64,000 nt of DNA from Antedon mediterranea (Eukaryota; Animalia; Echinodermata), in the NCBI RefSeq assembly GCF_964355755.1, contig NC_092671.1:36776304-36840303 (forward strand), read 5' to 3'. Below are positions 28,201-39,727 of the stretch, piece after piece. The notes below the pieces were generated by a model. The model was not told the origin of the DNA, did not search any database, and worked only from the letters and a program-made list of their open reading frames with translations. The stretch's first letter is position 1; the number at the start of each line of letters is the position of its first letter. A program made the position numbers and the translations under genes.

Positions 28201-31174
28201 TTTTTTAAATTCTTTTATAGGAAGTTCTTTGGATTTACTGTACTGTACCTTATTAAGATCATTTTAGATATTTTATTTACAAGAGAGTGAAAAAAAACAA
28301 GTCTCCTAAAGTTTAATAAGAAAAATAAAACATTTAGTTGATTTATGAAGAAAAAAAAAACATGGTACAGTACAATAACACGGAATAATAGATTTTTTTT
28401 TTACATTCTTTTATAGGATGTTCTTTACGTTATCATAAATATTTGTGGATTTTTTTTTATTTATAAGAAATAAAATAAGTCTCCTAAAGTTTAATAAGAA
28501 AACTAAAACATTGGTTGATTTATGATATAATCACTGCCAATTTGTTAGGAAATATACAGTTTTGTACAACACTATAAAGTTAAGTTGAACATTAAGTAAG
28601 AAAGTACTATATAAACAAGATACGATAGTAATCTGCAAGTTATTTTTAATACAGATCTTTAATTTTGTCTTTCCGTACAGTTTAAAACTTGTAACTCGTT
28701 ATCAAAATTAAGAAATTTTTTCCCAAAAATTAAAAAAACTAGTTGACACAAGATTAAGATTCAGTAAAAAATGTCAAGCAGTTGATGAAAATGCGCTTAA
28801 AGTCATTGTAAGAAAAATGATTTCAAACTCATATTCCGTTGACCTAGTATTTCATAGTATTACCATATGTCCTAATTAGATGATTCATTTTAGTTTTGGT
28901 TTAGAATTACAATAGAGCTAATTAAATCAAAAATTCAAATACAGCTTAATACTCTTCCCACTTTTACGATGATATAATCGTTTTATTGAAATGAGATTGC
29001 TTGGTTTAAAGGTAAAGTTTCATATTGTGTCTTTGAACTGTACCGCTTCTTTATAATCTCTTTTATATATGGTATGCAAGCGATTTGTGCAATAGTGACT
29101 TTATAATGCAATAGTGACTACTAAAATGCAATAGTGACTATTAAATGCAATAGTGACTATTAAATGCAATAGTGACTTTAAAATGCAATAGTGACTATTA
29201 AATGCAATAGTGACTATTAAATGCAATAGTGACTTTTAAAATGCAATAGTTATTTTTAAAATGCAATAGTGACTTTTAAATGCAATAGTAGGTTAATAAA
29301 AATAGGTTAATTTATTGCATACAGTAGCATGGTGAATGCAAGTGATAAGTCAGACTTTGACTGGTCTCCAATGCAGGCATGGTGGGTACTGGAATGATGG
29401 TAACGCTCATGTATCATGCATATGTACACTATAGACCGAAGTGTGATGTGCCAAAATATGGTAGTGGTACTATGCCCAAATATGATAGTGATATGACATC
29501 ATCATGTCCATACTGTATGGGCACAGACAGACCATTAGTATGGGTATGTATGTCAGACCACAATATGAAACTAAACTTAAACCACACTTAATAAGTACCA
29601 TATTCCTTTCATTTTTTTCATAGATATTGTAGATATTGTAAGAAACCTTATTATTACCCCCTCCCCTTCCCCCTAATCTATAATGCTGGATCTGCCCCTG
29701 GAAACGTTGCCTAGTATCTGTACACTGTACTGTATACCAGACTGTACATTAACAATGGTGCCATCACATTTTACTTAAGTTTAAAGGGTCACATCAGAAC
29801 TATACCTGGATAATCATTAACAAATTATTATAAATTTTACTATGAGTAACAACTGATTAACTCGGTTCCACGTAAAATAAAAACATAATTACCGCTATCA
29901 CACTAGCTTATGGAATCACCAACAGATCAAATACGGTCAAATAGGATTTGTATAAAGCTCTGTCTACACTATCAATCTTTACAGTATGTGACAAAAAAAT
30001 GTGATGTGCCCATAATATGGACATGGTGATGTCATATCACTACCATATTTGGGTATACTACTACCATATTTGGGCACACCACACTTTTGTTGTCACATTA
30101 GTTTGATAGTGTAGACAGAGCTTTATAATAGAGCTCAATGACAGAATGAAATATAATGCTTATGGTGTAAAATAATAATTCATAAATAATTCTGTTTGAG
30201 TTAATTATTAAAAACTATTAACTTTAACAAGGATACTTTACAACATGTATTTCCAGTATAAAGTGATGAGAGTGAGAGAGAAAAAATAATGAAATATAAA
30301 ATTCTGGAAGTGAGAAGAATATTTTTAATAAAATAGCTGAAGTGGAATTCATACCACTTGCTTTACATTATCATTATACTGAACTATTCTATTGAAATTA
30401 AATGCTTGATAACTTTAACAAGAGGACTTTACCTCTTACAAATTAATAGTTTTAATGCCCAAATCATATGCATTCAGTTTCATCCATTGAATTTCAACAT
30501 TGTATCTGATCTACGAAATACGCAGTAAAGCCGACTTGAAAAGATGAAATTATACGCCTCGACTGGTTTAACTTGCAATCCTTTCATAGATATATTGGTT
30601 GTAATTTGCCGTATTAATAAAACTTGATTCTACTAGGATTGGTTACACAATAGCGGTGGTATATAATTGGTAGTCATAGAAGAATTCTATTATTGTAGTT
30701 TTGCGTGTATAGTACCTTTTAGTTTCAAATTTGTACGCTTCGCAATATCTTCATAATTAAACTAGTGGTGTTCACTCAACCATATCAAACACAGAATTTA
30801 ATGTGGTAGAAATGTACGAATTTCTCAAAATGTGTTTCCTTTTTAAAAAAGGAGACCTTTTGTGCACCCTTACCAGACGTGATCTAAAGCCTTGTTTGTA
30901 TACACTATCAAATTTTATGTGGCAAAAAATGTGCCCATATATGGACATGATGTCATATCACTACCATATTTGGGCACATCACCACCATATTTGGGCACAT
31001 CACATTTTTTACATAAAAGTTTAATAGTGTAGACAGAGCTTTACTGCACTAAATCTAGAAACCTGATGACATATTTAGTGTTTTATCGTAACAACTTACC
31101 GCACTAAAATCTAGTAGATCGCTAAGCTCCTTGTCCGAGACCATCGGAACCCGCCCATTCGGACTCTGCATCAT
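4162..31174 (-). CDS. TCF12: E-protein (class I bHLH, TCF3/TCF4/TCF12/daughterless family), 5' part; spliced, runs off the left edge
   Basis: Exons 31174-31100, 23751-23682 and 4259-4162 splice with GT-AG and compatible phases (0,1,0) to MMQSPNGRVPMVSDKELSDLLDFSA|MFSPPTGASKNAGQPAQGAPFKQ|G(G)10QMENSSTWSNGPRPSPNYESSR. DKELSDLLDFSAMFSPP is the E-protein AD1/PCET motif, and the exon boundaries match those I recall for vertebrate TCF4/TCF12. The symbol is a family-level label; the bHLH exons lie outside the window. Confidence 0.92.
5199..5594 (+). mobile_element. 5'-truncated RTE-clade LINE
   Basis: QKLTTAQRAMERQMLGVTIRDKIRN..KWHW/AGHLARRDDNRWTK..WQPRTG.RKRGRQKRRWRDDI (one frameshift at ~5365); (AACTG)3 tail; 12-bp TSD TGTATTTTAATT at 5187-5198 and 5595-5606. 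Confidence 0.92.
5714..5875 (+). mobile_element. MITE-A copy
   Basis: Both TIRs, TAA/TTA flanks. Confidence 0.88.
6633..6970. repeat. Diverged ~170-bp tandem duplication
   Basis: ATGATTTTTG(C/T)CTACCACAAAAAC at 6633 and 6804. Confidence 0.75.
7714..8027 (-). mobile_element. tRNA-derived SINE, CORE-like centre, L2-type tail
   Basis: B box GGTTCGAATCC (7976-7966); GGCAAGATACTTTAC..GCCTCGCTCCACCCAGGTGTATAAATG; tail GCGCTATATAAAT..(ATT)n. Confidence 0.82.
8938..9075 (-). mobile_element. LINE 3' tail (L2/Crack-like)
   Basis: Stem-loop around AAGCTTAAGCTT, then AATAAA and a (TTGA)4 tail on the minus strand. Confidence 0.5.
9461..9630. mobile_element. Kolobok-type family C deleted copy
   Basis: TTAA AGATGTATTGTCCCC and a degenerate other end. 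Confidence 0.7.
10290..10604. repeat. 71-bp minisatellite, ~4.5 copies
   Basis: TTTGACC at 10300, 10371, 10442, 10513 and 10584. Confidence 0.92.
11719..12175. mobile_element. Kolobok-type non-autonomous element (family C), double-ended variant
   Basis: TTAA|AGATGTATTGTCCCC...GGGGACAATACATCT|TTAA; TTAA TSD with AG..CT termini. Confidence 0.85.
12595..12697 (+). mobile_element. MITE-A internally deleted copy
   Basis: TIR joined to the internal repeat at CACTA microhomology. Confidence 0.85.
14902..15056 (-). mobile_element. MITE-A copy
   Basis: Both TIRs, TAA...TAA, reversed core. Confidence 0.9.
15528..16063. repeat. Near-identical 268-bp tandem duplication
   Basis: Units start at 15528 and 15796; I see 2 mismatches. 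Confidence 0.92.
17120..17276 (+). mobile_element. MITE-A copy
   Basis: Both TIRs with a perfect TAA target duplication (17117-19 / 17277-79), diagnostic of PIF/Harbinger. Confidence 0.92.
17862..17982 (+). mobile_element. L2-type LINE/SINE 3' tail
   Basis: GAGCGCATAGAGAC..GCGCTATATAAAT..(ATT)n. Confidence 0.65.
19323..19455 (+). mobile_element. MITE-A copy
   Basis: Left TIR intact, right TIR partly deleted. Confidence 0.82.
20337..20616. mobile_element. Kolobok-type family C copy
   Basis: Both TIRs, TTAA flanks. Confidence 0.82.
22262..22378 (-). mobile_element. MITE-A partial copy
   Basis: Core plus one TIR. Confidence 0.78.
23682..23751 (-). CDS. TCF12: E-protein coding exon 2
   Basis: Polypyrimidine-tag|MFSPPTGASKNAGQPAQGAPFKQ+G|gtattt; 70 nt, phase 0 to 1. 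Confidence 0.92.
24790..24938 (+). mobile_element. MITE-A copy
   Basis: Both TIRs. Confidence 0.9.
26079..26262. repeat. 24-bp minisatellite, ~7.5 copies
   Basis: (TTGATACTGTACGTCATACAGTAG)n. Confidence 0.93.
26344..26478 (-). mobile_element. MITE-A partial copy
   Basis: One TIR plus core. Confidence 0.8.
27856..28190. mobile_element. Kolobok-type family C copy
   Basis: Both TIRs, TTAA flanks. Confidence 0.85.
29087..29290. repeat. 19-bp minisatellite, ~11 copies
   Basis: (AATGCAATAGTGACTATTA)n. Confidence 0.92.
29440..29525 (-). mobile_element. MITE-A internal fragment
   Basis: Core only (GTGTGATGTGCCAAAATATGGTAGTG...CATCATGTCC). Confidence 0.75.
29956..30122 (+). mobile_element. MITE-A copy
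   Basis: Both TIRs; carries a CAGTA insertion giving TACAGTA at 29980-29986. Confidence 0.9.
30888..31040 (+). mobile_element. MITE-A copy, 60 bp from the E-protein exon donor
   Basis: Both TIRs, left one degenerate. Confidence 0.85.
31100..31174 (-). CDS. TCF12: E-protein coding exon 1 (AD1 motif)
   Basis: aatag|GAT ATG...MMQSPNGRVPMVSDKELSDLLDFSA|gtaagt; 75 nt. Confidence 0.93.
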
Positions 31175-34100
31175 ATCCTATTCAAAAAATTAAATCATCA
31201 TTATTGTCTTTATAACACTCTGTAATATCAACTTTAAGCATACACAGTAGGTAGATACTTAATCAAAAATAAGCATCTGGACCTAGTGTTAAATGATTTA
31301 GAAATTCATCCTAGGCATTAAATTATTGTCTATCCGCTGATAAAATATTTAGCAGATGAGTCAGAGTAGAAAATATAGAGGACATTGTATAAGATGGTGT
31401 TTAGTTGAGCTACCATCCTGACCACAATGTGCTTTAGATTGGTAATATGGTAGTGCTTGCTTAAGCCGTGGTCTTCCGCACAAGGCGAATACTTAAGCCA
31501 TGGTCTCAGTGTACAAGGCAAAAAACATTTGCTTTAATGTGTGTTTATACTCAAAGTCAATAAGGCTGTTGCTTTTGCTACCAAAACATTATATAAAAGA
31601 TACTGTACATTACAATATATACAAAACAATAGATACATATGTGTTTTAGGTACAGTTACATCTTACAGTTAATGTAAAACACAATGTACAAAACAACACC
31701 ATCGGGAATTCCCAAATAGCTAAACATCTTTGCAGTTTTTGCTAAGCAAACATCTCTACATCTTTACAGTTACCAAACAATGACCTACAGCTGCATTTAG
31801 TGTACAGTACAGTACTTTCTATAAACTTCACTATGATATTAATAACATTGAATATACGTATATATTTTTAATACAGTACTTGATTGACAGGATATAATTC
31901 TTATCAATCAACAATTTATTAGCAAAGTAATTAAGGACCCCATTGGAATTAAGTAGATTTAAAAACTTTCATTTTAGTATAGTAGCCCTGCATTTACCTT
32001 GATAAATAAAAAAAGTGTTTACTAAAATAAACTTTAACAGAACTTTCTAATATTGTTTTAAATTTACTGTTATTAATAATCTGTAGTATTATGAACAAAA
32101 GTAAAAACGTTGCTATGCATGAAAATTAGTTTTAGCATGAACATGTTAAAAAGTCCCTTTATGGTGGGCCTATAGTATATCTGGACCAGTAATACATAGG
32201 CAGTATATACTGTGTACCATATTTGTATACATACTGGTATATTTCTTATGGTATTTAGTGATTAACTGTATTATTTTGTTATTAAATATATTTTTGAATA
32301 TGGCAGTTTCTGTTAAAGGCATCTTATAAAGGCTTTAGAGTTTAGCTTTATTGTGACCTGTATTGTGTTGCATAGCTTTGTGTTTAGTTAATGTTCTGTT
32401 TGGTTCTTATAATGTACAGCAACTTATTGGACAACTCCACAGTAACAACCAAATTAGTATTGTGTTTAATTTGTCGAGGCATGAACACAAAGTAACCATT
32501 TTCAGAAAGAAACAGTTTAAAATTTAAAATATAAGTTTTGAATTATAGTTTTAAATTATTTTTCTCTATGTTGCCCGAAAGCTCTGCTAATTTTTCTGGC
32601 TGTTTTACTTTATCATTTTGATTTGTCTTTTTTTTGTATCTCCATTGAGATCCAGCCCTGATACACACAGCATTATCATTTTTTCAGTAATTTGCTTTTT
32701 GATTTATGATATTAGAAGATAGTTAATAGTTAATTTAAATGTAAATGTTCTTTTTTATAATAGTTAGCATGGTATCTGTGTTAGTATTAGGTGAACAATT
32801 ATTTTGTTGTTGATTTTTAACAATTAATAGTTAAAGCTATGTGAATCTAAAACATTATCCTCAGTCCAATGTGTGTTACCATAGTAACCTACCTTCATTC
32901 AATGTTGGAATATCCACACTAGAAACAATTCTGTGAAACAAAACATAAAATATTAATGTTTTTAGAATCCAAACACTCAAAAATATAAATAAATTATTTT
33001 CTTTTTTATGATTCACTTAAATCAGAATCAGACAATTATATTTGAACAGGAGTGAAGTTATATGGGCAAGCACAGGACAGTACTAAAAATAACACTGTAT
33101 AACACTACAGTATAATGTTTACGAAATTAAAGAACTACAGTTTAATTTACTGTACCACAACTGGTGAACTGAAGTGTATACTGTCACTGATAAATTGTTT
33201 ATCTATTCTTTATACAGTATAAGTCCTTGTATAGTATCATATTTAGATCAAAATTCACAAAATTGACATCAGAATATGTCTATTTGCTCAGCCTCCAATC
33301 ATGAAGATACAGTAGGCCTACCTCCATGCTCCAGTAGTTCAATTTGTGTGTTGCAAACAAAAGTAGGCTTTGCTCAGTCATTTAATGAAGGTAAAACAAT
33401 AATGTGTGCAATCCTGATAATTATTGTATTTTGTTATACAATAAAAGACGGTGATTAACAGAACAAACGGTCTTAAAAAACAATAGAATCTGTAAAATGC
33501 TAGACTACTTTTTGTGCTGTAGAATGTGAACATTGTGTATGGTACCTGTCTCTAGAATAGATAATTTGAGTGGTGGATTTATGATTATGGAAAAAATGGT
33601 GGGGGTGGGGGCTCAAGGTCCTACTGTAAAGTTAAAAATTAAAGGAGAGGGGAATGCTGGTTCCCCCACTTCAATTCGCCCAAATTCAAATTTCCTATAA
33701 TGCTTTTTGCATACAAATAATATTAAAGAAATATTTATAAATACTAAAATGAAAAAAAAAACATTTCCCTGAAAAAATCAAAAATACAATTAAATCATAT
33801 TTTAACACTATACTTTTTAAAATAAATTTGCTTAAATTTTAGTAATTACTGTATAAGGTTGTGTTGGACACACATTAATTTGGAAGAACACAAAATACCT
33901 ACCGTGTCCTGTAACACTAAAAGTACCAAAATTCTAAGACAATTCTCTAAACTAACACCACCACAAGTAGGCTAAATAAAACCAATGCTTGCTCACTGGT
34001 TTTCCGTCCTATAGATCCCAGATTTATTATTAATTAAATATAGAATACGAGACAAACTTTAATATATTTAACTCAAACTATACCATTTAGATGAACTTAA

Positions 34101-34409
34101 AAATGTTTGTGTTATTGGCGCCTTTTAAACACACCAGACTACGGCGAGTGCTAGGCCCACGATAGCTCTGTAAATCTGAGCACCAAATGTATGACCAATC
34201 GAGCTTAGAGTAAGCACTTTCTAAACAATGCCGACTCAATACCCACCTAAATATTTTTTAATTTCAGTCCAAAAATTAAACACTTTCCAAAGTAATACGA
34301 TAAAACATATTTAAATCCAATAAATTCCTGCCAGAACAGTTTCTGAGTTGTTAGTTACACGCTAAGCCAGTAATGTTGAGTATATCTGCAGTCCTACAAG
34401 CTCACTTAC

Positions 34410-34500
34410 ACCGTAGACATATTTCCACACCACTCTCTGCTCTGCTTTGTTGTGGTTGATACGAAGAACTACGCAGGGTCAGGGGTAAGTAATTCTACAT
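34410..34500 (-). other. Candidate non-coding first exon / TSS region of the E-protein gene
   Basis: The first coding exon has an acceptor 3 nt before its ATG, so an upstream exon is needed. There is a strong minus-strand donor gtaagtgag at 34409 in a CpG-richer region. The 5' boundary is a guess. Confidence 0.3.
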
Positions 34501-35921
34501 AAAGTAGTTCCTAACAATTGTCTTTCTTATTTCGTACTTAATGAGAAGCACAGACAAACAAAATATATATCAACATAGAAGGTAGCTAATTTTGAAGCCT
34601 GAGTGTTGTAATAATTCACTATTTAAACGTGTTTTATTTAAAATATTTCAATTACAAATATTAATCCGCATTAAGCATGCCATGTACAGTACAGTGTACA
34701 TATAAGTGCGTACTTAATGTGCGGAAAAGACGATGTACGCTCAATGCGCAAAAAATTACTGTATAAAAATGCGGCGCTCACAAAAGTCCTTGCAAGTAAA
34801 TGTGTCATTTTATAGTAAATTCTCTTGTCGTGTCGTAAATTTTTAGTTCGTGTCATTTACACCATAGAGATATTATAGTGCACGCGTTAAAAAAGTAAAG
34901 TAGAAACCCTAGTATTACAGTAGACCTCAATTGCAATAATTTAAATAAAAATTATAAAGATATTTTTTATTTAAGGTAACTTAAAAAAAAAGTTCATTTA
35001 AGATAAGATAGATGTAGTGTGAATAGGTTGTTTTTGTATACAGTCATTTAATAAAGAAATCCTTTGTTAGCAACAATGAACAAAAAAATACCATGAAAAA
35101 GAGTAAACCCCATTCACCCCACAAGTTTATATTAGGTCTATGTTTGATTTATTTTATTTAGATACTGGCATTGTTAAAGGTTAGTGCATGTTTGTGTTAT
35201 TTTAGAAACGTTCAGATGGCATTTCTACCGGCTGCGAACTCGGCAAGATTTTTTTTGCGTGCGCGTGCGTTAAATTTGAATGTTTTCACGTTATCATTTG
35301 ACCCCAAAAAATACAAATAAATTGTAGCAGCAATGTCAGTATAAATCTTGTTAGCGCCCTCTTTGGTTATGATCCACAAGAACGAATCATAATCATTCGC
35401 ATCAAAATCAATCAATCTTGATCCGTCGCCTTATCATAATAATATCATTGTGCAAAAAATATACTTAGGACTACCTTCTTCTTGTGTTATATCTTTATTA
35501 ATATGCTTATCATAAATAGTATACGCTTCTTCATCTTTTGTTTTATTGATAAGATTTTAGAACATTACCATCGTATCGTAAAAGATATTTAAAAAATAAC
35601 AATTTTTTTTTTTTAAATTCAAAATCAATGTTAAGTCTCCCAATGATCCACTTGTTTCTGAAATGAGAAACAAATATGTGATGTTGGAATTAAAATGATT
35701 GACATCGCACTTTATTTTGTTGTCGATGTATTTTATTATTAGTAGGCATACGTCTTAATTTGAAAACGGCAAAAAATGAACTCATCATACATCATATCTA
35801 GTTGGAATCATCATAAAACCTAATATTTTAGGCATTCTTTAGTATATTTCGTACAGTTTTGTTTTGCCGATATTTACGTTGTCATTCGTTTTTGTGCGGT
35901 CATCCATGACGCGCGCTATAA

Positions 35922-36514
35922 TGATTGGTTCCCACTAGAGAGACGCAACGCAAGGACTTAACGCAACGTAAAGCTTGGTTCCCACTAGAACGCAACGCAA
36001 GGACGTAAGCCGTAACGTAAGCGAATTGACCAATCACAAGGAACGGTTCGAATAATCCATCGCATGGATTGGTCAAGCGCTGGATAATTCGAACACTAGA
36101 GACGCAACAAAAGGACGTAACGCAACGTAAGCGAGTTGACCAATGACAAGCGACAGTTTGAATATTTCATCGGTTGTGAAAAGAGCTTGGTTCTCACTAG
36201 AACGTAACGCAAGGACGTAAACGCAACGCAAGCGTTTTAACCAATGACAAGCGAAGTTATAACAGACAGTTAGCAATCAAAAGCAAATAAAAAATAAATA
36301 AATAAATAAAATAAATTCCAAGTATGATGTTTGCACACCGAGAGACTGGCGCATATACCCATGTGGTCCTTCGCCAGTATTCATCCAGATCCAGAAGCCA
36401 TCGCTTGTGATTGGTCAATTCACTTGCGTTGCGTTACGTCCTTGCGTTGCGTCGCTAGTGGGAACCACGCTTTACGTTGCGTTACGTCCTTGCGTCTCAA
36501 GTGAGAACCAAGCT
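35922..36514. mobile_element. Nested cluster of MITE-B-family elements
   Basis: Left termini at ~35922, 35972 and 36184; right termini at 36471 and 36514; the innermost copy is the reverse complement of 1145-1323. Confidence 0.85.
36289..36394 (-). mobile_element. LINE/SINE 3' tail inserted in MITE-B
   Basis: Absent from the 1145-1323 copy; stem-loop ACTGGCG..CGCCAGT followed on the minus strand by a (TTTA)n tail. Confidence 0.65.
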
Positions 36515-36762
36515 TAAAGGCGCGAGTACCGTGCGTCCTTCTTGTTTTGAGGTTTATCCACAAAAATAACAAGTGAACATTTATTATTTTTCCATAATTT
36601 CATTTATTAAAGCAAAATATTTTGGCCCAAGTCAAATTTATATAAATTTATGACAAAAAATTGAAAATGAGTGAAATTTTTATTTTTTTAGTGTACCTAA
36701 ACCAAACGTATATCTACGGACACAAAATTGTTATAATCTCACATAAAATGAACAAAGATTAA

Positions 36763-36898
36763 AGTTCTGTCTACACTATTAAACTTTATGTGACAAAAAG
36801 TGATGTGCCTATATAGACATGATGATGTCATATCACTACCATATTTGGGCACATCACACTTTTTTTTGTCAAACTAGTTTGATAGTATAGACAGAGGT
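36763..36898 (+). mobile_element. MITE-A copy
   Basis: Both TIRs. Confidence 0.88.
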
Positions 36899-37650
36899 TT
36901 AGAACATGGGAATCAGCACAAATTTATTTATAAAAACTATTTGTCGAGGCAGTACAAAAGATCTTATACATAAAAACACATTTCATTTTATTCTTAAAAG
37001 TACTATTTTTAAGAGGGCGTATTAATACGCGCCATATAATATTAGACTTTGCATCAAAATAGGCAATTTATAAGATCCTTGTACTGTATTACGATACAGT
37101 AAAATCCATATAGAGGGCGCTTTACCAAATTAGTTATAAGTAAGTTGCAATAAGGTGATACATTAACAAATTCTAGTAAAGAACAATGCTTTTTCATTGC
37201 ACAATTAAATCACAAACAAATATAACAATTATACCTTATAGGTCTATACTAGCACAAAACAAACACATATATACATATCAATATGTATAAACTAAATTGT
37301 CATTTAAATGTACGTTACCGTATTCATAAAAATAACATATTAAGATTTTGATACAGATCATAGAGATATTATCTCTATGGATATATATCTATTTAGTACC
37401 AACATTTTTATTTAAATAAATAAATGATATTGTCTGCTGTACAATTTATGAAGAAGATAACAATTACAATCCAAATGACAATTCAGTATGTCATATTTTT
37501 TGAGTTATTAAATTTATTTGAGCCTTAATTATTAAAGATAATAGTTTAAGCCACCACCTTAAATGTCATATAATAACAATGTGATGTTGCACAAGTTGTA
37601 ATAAAACCATTTCGGCTCATTGGCCTATGAGCTCCGCCTGCAAAGCCTAA

Positions 37651-37791
37651 AGCTCTGTCTACACTATCAAACTAGTTTGACAAAAAAAGTGTGATGTGGC
37701 CAAATATGGTAGTGATATGACATCATCATGCCCATATATGAGCACATCACATTTTTTTGTCACATAAAGTTTGTTAGTAATAGACAGTGCT
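37651..37791 (-). mobile_element. MITE-A copy
   Basis: Both TIRs, TAA...TAA. Confidence 0.88.
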
Positions 37792-38385
37792 TAACACAAG
37801 TTAAACAAAAATAATAAATAGTTTTTTGCTATAATTGTGTATATTGCCAATATTCAATAATCATTTTGTTTTCTTTTGCTCGACTTCTTTATAAAAGTAA
37901 TTGATTAAACGAACTTATCCCCCACAAAAATCAAACTTTCCGTTTTTCAGTAATGCAGTCTCCTTAAATAACAATCATAAATGTGGGATATCCACATTTG
38001 TCCAGTAAATATAATTGTCCATTCAAACAATTCAAACTTTTTTTTCTTCTTTGCAAGAAGTCCAACATTACAAAATTGTTTACATTAATGCTTGAAAAAA
38101 GCAGTAAAGTGCAGCATGTATTAATTACTCTAAAATAAAAAACAAATTACAAATAATATTTTTTTTTAAATCTTTCTTCTAAATTGTTGTTATATACATA
38201 ATAAGGCCTGTAGGTTGTTCCCCAGTTGACCGCAAAAATGAAAAATTATGAAGTATTTTTTATATTAATTTTGGACAGACCATTACTTTTATATGTACAC
38301 CCTTTAAATTCGCCTCTGTGATTACCTTTTATTACTATGAGTGGCTTCAAGTGGCATTAGTCTAATTAATTTCTAACACTGAGTC

Positions 38386-38713
38386 CCATTCCAGGGTGTG
38401 GCTCGGGTGGGCCTCATACCAGGGTGTGGCTCAGGTGAGCTCCATACCAGAGTGTGGCTCAGGTGGGCCCCATACCAGGGTGTGGCTCAGGTAGGCCCCA
38501 TACCAGGGTGTGGCTCAGGTGGGCCTCATACCAGGGTGTGGCTCAGGTGAGCTCCATACCAGAGTGTGGCTCAGGTGGGCCCCATACCAGGGTGTGGCTC
38601 AGGTGGGCCCCATACCAGGGTGTGGCTCAGGTGGGCCCCCATACCAGGGTGTGGCTCAGGTGGGCCCCATACCAGGGTGTGGCTCAGGTGGCCCCATACC
38701 AGGGAATGGCTTA
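38386..38713. repeat. GC-rich 28-bp minisatellite, ~11.5 copies
   Basis: (CATACCAGGGTGTGGCTCAGGTGGGCCC)n. Confidence 0.93.
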
Positions 38714-39587
38714 GGTTGTGGTTGTGGTATTTTCTAAAAGAAACTAGTCAGCCTCTCAAACAGGAAAATTCACTCCTGCTCATCAACCATTAGAGTACAG
38801 ACCTGACAACATTTAATAAACAATACCTAAACTTATATCAAAGTCAATGTTTTTCTTTTAAGTTAGTAGTCCATATATTAAGTATATGATAAATGAAATA
38901 ATAATAGATAATATATAACTCCCTAGTAATCTATACAAATATAGAAAGGTGTTAAATTCAATAGTAAAGCCAAAGTTTCAAAATTAAAACTGAAAAAGAA
39001 ATTAAAAATTATTAGTTAAATAATTTTAAATGTATGCAAATTTTTAAAACCATGAATAATCTACACTTAAAAATCATAGCTTGTTTTGTATGTTTTAGAT
39101 GGAAAATCAAGCCAACAACAACTACTTTCTGGTAATATCTTAAAGATTGGATTGTGTATGCTGTGACTGAAAAAGTGTGCATGTGTATTTGCTGACACTT
39201 GCATATCAATTGGGAACCGACAAAAGGTTTTGGTTGAATGCATTGAATGAACATGTCAGAAAAACATTTACAGTTAAATGCTTGTCATAACAACAATGTT
39301 ATTTAAATTCAAATAAAACCTACTATGTATCAACATAGAAATCAAACCCATAGCCAGGATTTTATAGAAGGGTTCCATTTCCCTTAAAAGAGGCAAAAAT
39401 CATCATAACTTATACTAGTTGAAGCTGTCCTCACTACCACTGTGAGTGTCTAGTTTGAAAAGGGCAGCCCATCAAAAAGAGTGGTTTGTTTGAACCTTCA
39501 ACTCCCTCTGACCTTTGACATTTTTTCTTGTGCATTAATTAAAATAAAGATATCATCTTAAAGTTGGTTCTGAAAGAAGTCATTATA

Positions 39588-39727
39588 TTATATCTCAGCA
39601 AAACTGTCTTCAATGAGGGCGGTCTCATCTGCTCTACGGTATCGTCTGCGTCTGTTGACGTACAACAGTCCAGCGATGACGCACAAGACGACCATTCCAG
39701 CGAGCAAAACACCAAACACGATACCAA
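39588..39727 (-). CDS. Membrane protein exon 15 (TM + cytoplasmic tail, stop)
   Basis: ttcag|(V)GIVFGVLLAGMVVLCVIAGLLYVNRRRRYRRADETALIEDSFAEI*. Confidence 0.92.

Noticed and set aside
3218-31024. Recurring short ORFs with KKCDVPIYGHDDVISLPY / LCLHYQTLCDKKM
   Set aside because: All are read-throughs of MITE-A copies, not a peptide family.
35212-35660. Possible exon-like sequence upstream of the E-protein gene
   Set aside because: Stops in plausible frames, no recognisable homology and no consistent splice pair.
38454-38793. Three overlapping repetitive ORFs
   Set aside because: Translations of the 28-bp minisatellite.
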